The translations under genes were made by a program, and so were the position numbers. The notes beneath the pieces were generated by a model, which was given only the letters and a program-made list of their open reading frames with translations, searched no databases and was not told the origin of the DNA. DNA of 64,000 nt from Patescibacteria group bacterium (GTDB lineage: Bacteria; Patescibacteriota; JABMPQ01; JAQVVF01): contig JAQVVF010000003.1 of the NCBI GenBank assembly GCA_028699085.1, positions 25,721 through 89,720 on the forward strand. Reading direction: 5' to 3'. Positions 60,940 to 64,000 of the stretch are shown here, in pieces (position 1 is the first letter of the stretch; the number at the start of each line of letters is the position of its first letter).

Positions 60940-61452
60940 ATGAAGAAAACAATTCTATTTTGTTTAGCTTTATTTTTTACATCATGTGCAATCGACAAAG
61001 AAGACAAATGTGAAATCTGCGTACAAACTGTGTCATGCGAAAACATCGGCTGGCTAAATTTTGGAGACAGAGACAACATTGATTTAATCAATGAATGTGG
61101 TTTTGAATATAATAATGGTGAAAAGGGCGGATATGGCCATACACTTCAAGAAAAAGGCTGTAATGAAAGCATGTTATTGATCTGGGCAAATGGTGGCTTA
61201 AAAAACGCTTATCTTTCAGCTGACTGGGCTGGAGAAACAAACCGCGGTACAAAGATTAATGATTCCCTTGCCGAATTCCGAAAAGCCTATCCAGAAGCAG
61301 TAAAAAGTGATTTTGAAAGCAATAACGAATACGAATTATGGAAAGTAATCACTTACAAACCCTATCCCGAATCATTAGACTACTGTAGCATGCATTTCAT
61401 CTTTGATCGTCAAACAATAAAATTAGTCAGCATCAGAATCTATAGTTACTAA
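60940..61452 (+). CDS. Putative lipoprotein (the signal peptide ends in the lipobox-like FFTSC)
   Basis: It starts MKKTILFCLALFFTSCAIDKE. It is cysteine-rich, is paralogous to the next ORF, and has a strong RBS. Confidence 0.55.
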   Translation: MKKTILFCLALFFTSCAIDKEDKCEICVQTVSCENIGWLNFGDRDNIDLINECGFEYNNGEKGGYGHTLQEKGCNESMLLIWANGGLKNAYLSADWAGETNRGTKINDSLAEFRKAYPEAVKSDFESNNEYELWKVITYKPYPESLDYCSMHFIFDRQTIKLVSIRIYSY

Positions 61453-61466
61453 AGGAGGAAAAAAAG

Positions 61467-61955
61467 ATGAATAGAAAACTATGTCTTCCAATTTTCCTTG
61501 CATTCTTCAACTTCGAATGCGGAGATCAGTGCGTAAATATAGATGAGCAGCTAGAATGCAATGGGCTTGAAAATATTAAGTTTGGAGACAGCGTCACTTC
61601 TACTCTTGACGAAGAGTGTTTCCATAGTTACGGTCGAGGCAATTTCACTATTTACGAAAAATATGGTATTTCTATTTTCACACTTGGTGACGCAGATAAT
61701 AGCAACTATATTGTCTATTCTTTTCATCTGACAACCGGCTGGATTGGACAAACTGATCGAGGACTAAAACTAGGAGATCCAATCGAAAAATTCAACACTC
61801 TATATCCCAAATCAGAATCCTATCCCGGTTCAGTACCTTCTCTCATAAATCCTGATGTCTATCTCGAAGCAGAACAAGCAACTTGTGACACACATACGCA
61901 TCTTCAAGTTTACCCTGACGAACAAGGAAATATTTTTTACATGATTTTATGGTAG
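61467..61955 (+). CDS. Putative secreted or lipoprotein paralog of 60940..61452
   Basis: Shared segments include ENIGWLNFGD/ENIKFGDS and WAGETNRGTKINDSLAEFRKAYP/WIGQTDRGLKLGDPIEKFNTLYP. The RBS is AAGGAGGaaaaaaagATG. Confidence 0.5.
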   Translation: MNRKLCLPIFLAFFNFECGDQCVNIDEQLECNGLENIKFGDSVTSTLDEECFHSYGRGNFTIYEKYGISIFTLGDADNSNYIVYSFHLTTGWIGQTDRGLKLGDPIEKFNTLYPKSESYPGSVPSLINPDVYLEAEQATCDTHTHLQVYPDEQGNIFYMILW

Positions 61956-61994
61956 CACTTTTTAACCGTTTTAGACGGTTTTTTTATTTACAAA

Positions 61995-62030
61995 AAAGCC
62001 CTCTTTTTCAAGAAGGCTTTTTATTATTTA
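61995..62030. terminator. Bidirectional terminator hairpin (AGCCCTCTT-tttca-AAGAAGGCT with a T-run on both sides) between the lipoprotein pair and lon
   Basis: 8 of 9 bp pair in the stem. T5 follows on the plus strand and T6 on the minus strand. Confidence 0.5.
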
Positions 62031-62042
62031 ACTTTTTGTTTT

Positions 62043-64000
62043 TTATTTCACGATTGCATTTTCCAAAGCATTTTTTACTACATCATCCATTGTTTTTACA
62101 AAAACAATTTTTAAATCTTTCTGAATATTCTTTGGAATATCTGCCAAATTCGGTCTGTTTTCTTCTGGCAACAATACAGTTTTTACTCCAGCTTGTTTTG
62201 CAGCCAAAACTTTTTCTTTTACTCCGCCAATTGGCAAAACCTTTCCTCTCAAAGTTACCTCTCCAGTCATAGCCACATCTTTTTTGATCTTTCGACCTGA
62301 CAAAACTGAAACTAAGACAGTTGCCATTGCTGTTCCTGCTGAAGGGCCATCTTTTGGAATACCGCCAGCTGGAACATGAATGTGAATATCATCATTTTTG
62401 TAAAACTTTTCTTCAACACCTAATTGGCTTGCAATTGATCTCGCATAAGAATAAGCAGCTTCAGCTGATTCTTTCATTACTTTGCCTAATTGACCTGTTA
62501 AACGTAATTCTCCTTTGCCAGGCATGCGAGACGCTTCAATATGCAAAATATCACCACCAGCAGGAGTCCAGGCAAGTCCCGTTACAACTCCAACTTCATC
62601 TTTCTTTTCAGTTTTTTCTTGAGTAAATGTTGCAGGCCCTAAATATTTATTCAAATCAGCAATCGTCACGTTATTATCACCTTTACCGCCTGATGCAACA
62701 GACTTTGCCATTTTTCTACAAATTGCTGCAATTTGTCTTTCTAAATTTCTCACACCAGCTTCCTTTACATATTCAGAAATAATATGTCTAATTGCAGGAT
62801 CGGAAAAAAGACATTGTTCTTTTTTTAAACCATTTTCTTTTAATTGTCTTGGAATCAAATATTTCTTAGTAATATGAAATTTTTCTTCTTCTGTATAGCC
62901 TAAAAATTCAATTATTTCCATTCTATCTCGTAATGCCGGAGGAATTGTATCCAAAACATTTGCTGTTGTAATAAACATTACATCTGACAAATCAAATGGC
63001 ACTGCCAAATAATTATCCACAAATTCTTTGTTTTGAGCTGGATCTAATGCTTCAAGCAAAGCTGAAGACGGATCGCCTCGATAATCATTTCCCACCTTAT
63101 CAATTTCATCAAGCATAAAAACTGGATTTCTAGATTTTACGGTATTTATACCTTGAATAATTCTGCCTGGCATTGCTCCGACATAAGTCCTACGATGACC
63201 TCGTATTTCTGCCTCATCTCTAATTCCACCAAGGCTCATTCTATGAAATTCACGACCTAAAGATTTTGCAATCGATTTTCCAATTGAAGTTTTTCCAACT
63301 CCAGGGGGTCCAAAAAAACAAAGAATCGGACCTTGAATCTGGTTTGTTAATTTCCTAACAGATAAATATTCCAAGATTCTTTCTTTAACTTTTTCCAAAC
63401 CATAATGATCATTATCCAAAATCTTCTTTGCTTTTTTGACATCAACTTTGCATTCGCTTCTTTTGTTCCATGGTAAATTAATCATCCAATCAATATAAGT
63501 CCTAATATAAGAGATTTCTGGAGAAAAAGATGGCATACCTTTCATTCTATTGAATTCTTTCATTACTTCTTCTTCTGTTTTCTTTGGCATTCCCACTTCT
63601 TTTATTTTCTTTTCCAAGGAAACAGTTTCATCTTCTCCGCCACCTAATTCACCTAATTCTTTCTGAATTGTCTTCATTTTTTCTCTCAAATACATTTCTT
63701 TTTGCATTTTTTCCAATTCTTTTCCAGTATTTTCTTCTAGCTTTTGTGCCATTGCAAAAACCTTTGTCTGTTTTCCCAAAAGCTCATTTAGAGTTTTTAA
63801 TTTTTCTTTAACATCTTCTATTTCTAATAATTTCTGCTTTTCTGAAACTTTTAAATCCAAATTAGAGACAATTAAATCACATAATTGCCACGGATCTTTC
63901 ATATTCAAAATAACCATCATTACATCTAAAGGCACATTAGCTCCCATAGAAACAACAGATTTGAATTGATTAATTACTGTATACATCAATGCTGTAATTT
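62043..64000 (-). CDS. lon: ATP-dependent Lon protease; the 5' end lies beyond the window
   Basis: The AAA+ Walker A is GPPGVGKTSIGKSIA. The Lon S16 peptidase domain has the catalytic Ser in PKDGPSAGTAMATVL. The ORF remains open to the window edge, so the gene is N-terminally truncated here. Confidence 0.9.
   Translation of the reverse strand, partial: ITALMYTVINQFKSVVSMGANVPLDVMMVILNMKDPWQLCDLIVSNLDLKVSEKQKLLEIEDVKEKLKTLNELLGKQTKVFAMAQKLEENTGKELEKMQKEMYLREKMKTIQKELGELGGGEDETVSLEKKIKEVGMPKKTEEEVMKEFNRMKGMPSFSPEISYIRTYIDWMINLPWNKRSECKVDVKKAKKILDNDHYGLEKVKERILEYLSVRKLTNQIQGPILCFFGPPGVGKTSIGKSIAKSLGREFHRMSLGGIRDEAEIRGHRRTYVGAMPGRIIQGINTVKSRNPVFMLDEIDKVGNDYRGDPSSALLEALDPAQNKEFVDNYLAVPFDLSDVMFITTANVLDTIPPALRDRMEIIEFLGYTEEEKFHITKKYLIPRQLKENGLKKEQCLFSDPAIRHIISEYVKEAGVRNLERQIAAICRKMAKSVASGGKGDNNVTIADLNKYLGPATFTQEKTEKKDEVGVVTGLAWTPAGGDILHIEASRMPGKGELRLTGQLGKVMKESAEAAYSYARSIASQLGVEEKFYKNDDIHIHVPAGGIPKDGPSAGTAMATVLVSVLSGRKIKKDVAMTGEVTLRGKVLPIGGVKEKVLAAKQAGVKTVLLPEENRPNLADIPKNIQKDLKIVFVKTMDDVVKNALENAIVK

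Noticed and set aside
63987-63989. Met at 63989 as the Lon start
   Set aside because: Lon has a substrate-binding N-domain of about 200 aa before the segment seen here. The ORF is still open at the window edge, so the gene continues beyond 64000.

Overview
This is an AT-rich window (roughly 30-35% GC by eye) with compact genes in the standard genetic code; TGA and TAA both act as stops. Most of it is core housekeeping. On the minus strand: groEL (partial) and groES behind a canonical CIRCE operator, uvrA, ssb-rpsR-rpsF, recA, a rodZ-like gene, ftsK, rpoB-rpoC, tsaB, murE, queH, a NUDIX gene and lon (partial). On the plus strand: pgsA, uvrC, secG, an oligopeptide-type substrate-binding protein, tRNA-Leu(CAG), an HAD hydrolase, RNase J, trpS, ychF and efp. 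Gene content and style fit a reduced-genome bacterium, possibly CPR/Patescibacteria-like; this is inference, not shown directly. Most noteworthy non-core content: (1) five signal-peptide proteins with unrelated N-terminal modules (BNR/Asp-box repeats, a Kelch-like repeat propeller, a GH18 hydrolase, an SBBP-like propeller, and one unknown). They share an unannotated lysine-rich module of about 110-130 aa with the core ..KKLPxxxxxYWxxIxKxxKKPxxL...YWKLxTNL...KVKxxFxY. (2) A 128-bp direct repeat, about 95% identical, copies the AT-hook-rich 5' end of ftsK into a free-standing 45-codon ORF 7.4 kb away. Five of the six nucleotide differences are synonymous. (3) REP-like perfect palindromes with GTAG/CTAC ends lie near, and inside, a RAYT/IS200-like HUH transposase gene. 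(4) Two paralogous, very acidic proteins flank a small ORF directly upstream of rpoBC. (5) Phased 9-bp tandem repeat arrays (TAGTCTAAC-like) sit in several regulatory regions. No CRISPR array or rRNA was found. Coordinates of small sites were hand-counted and may be off by a few nt.
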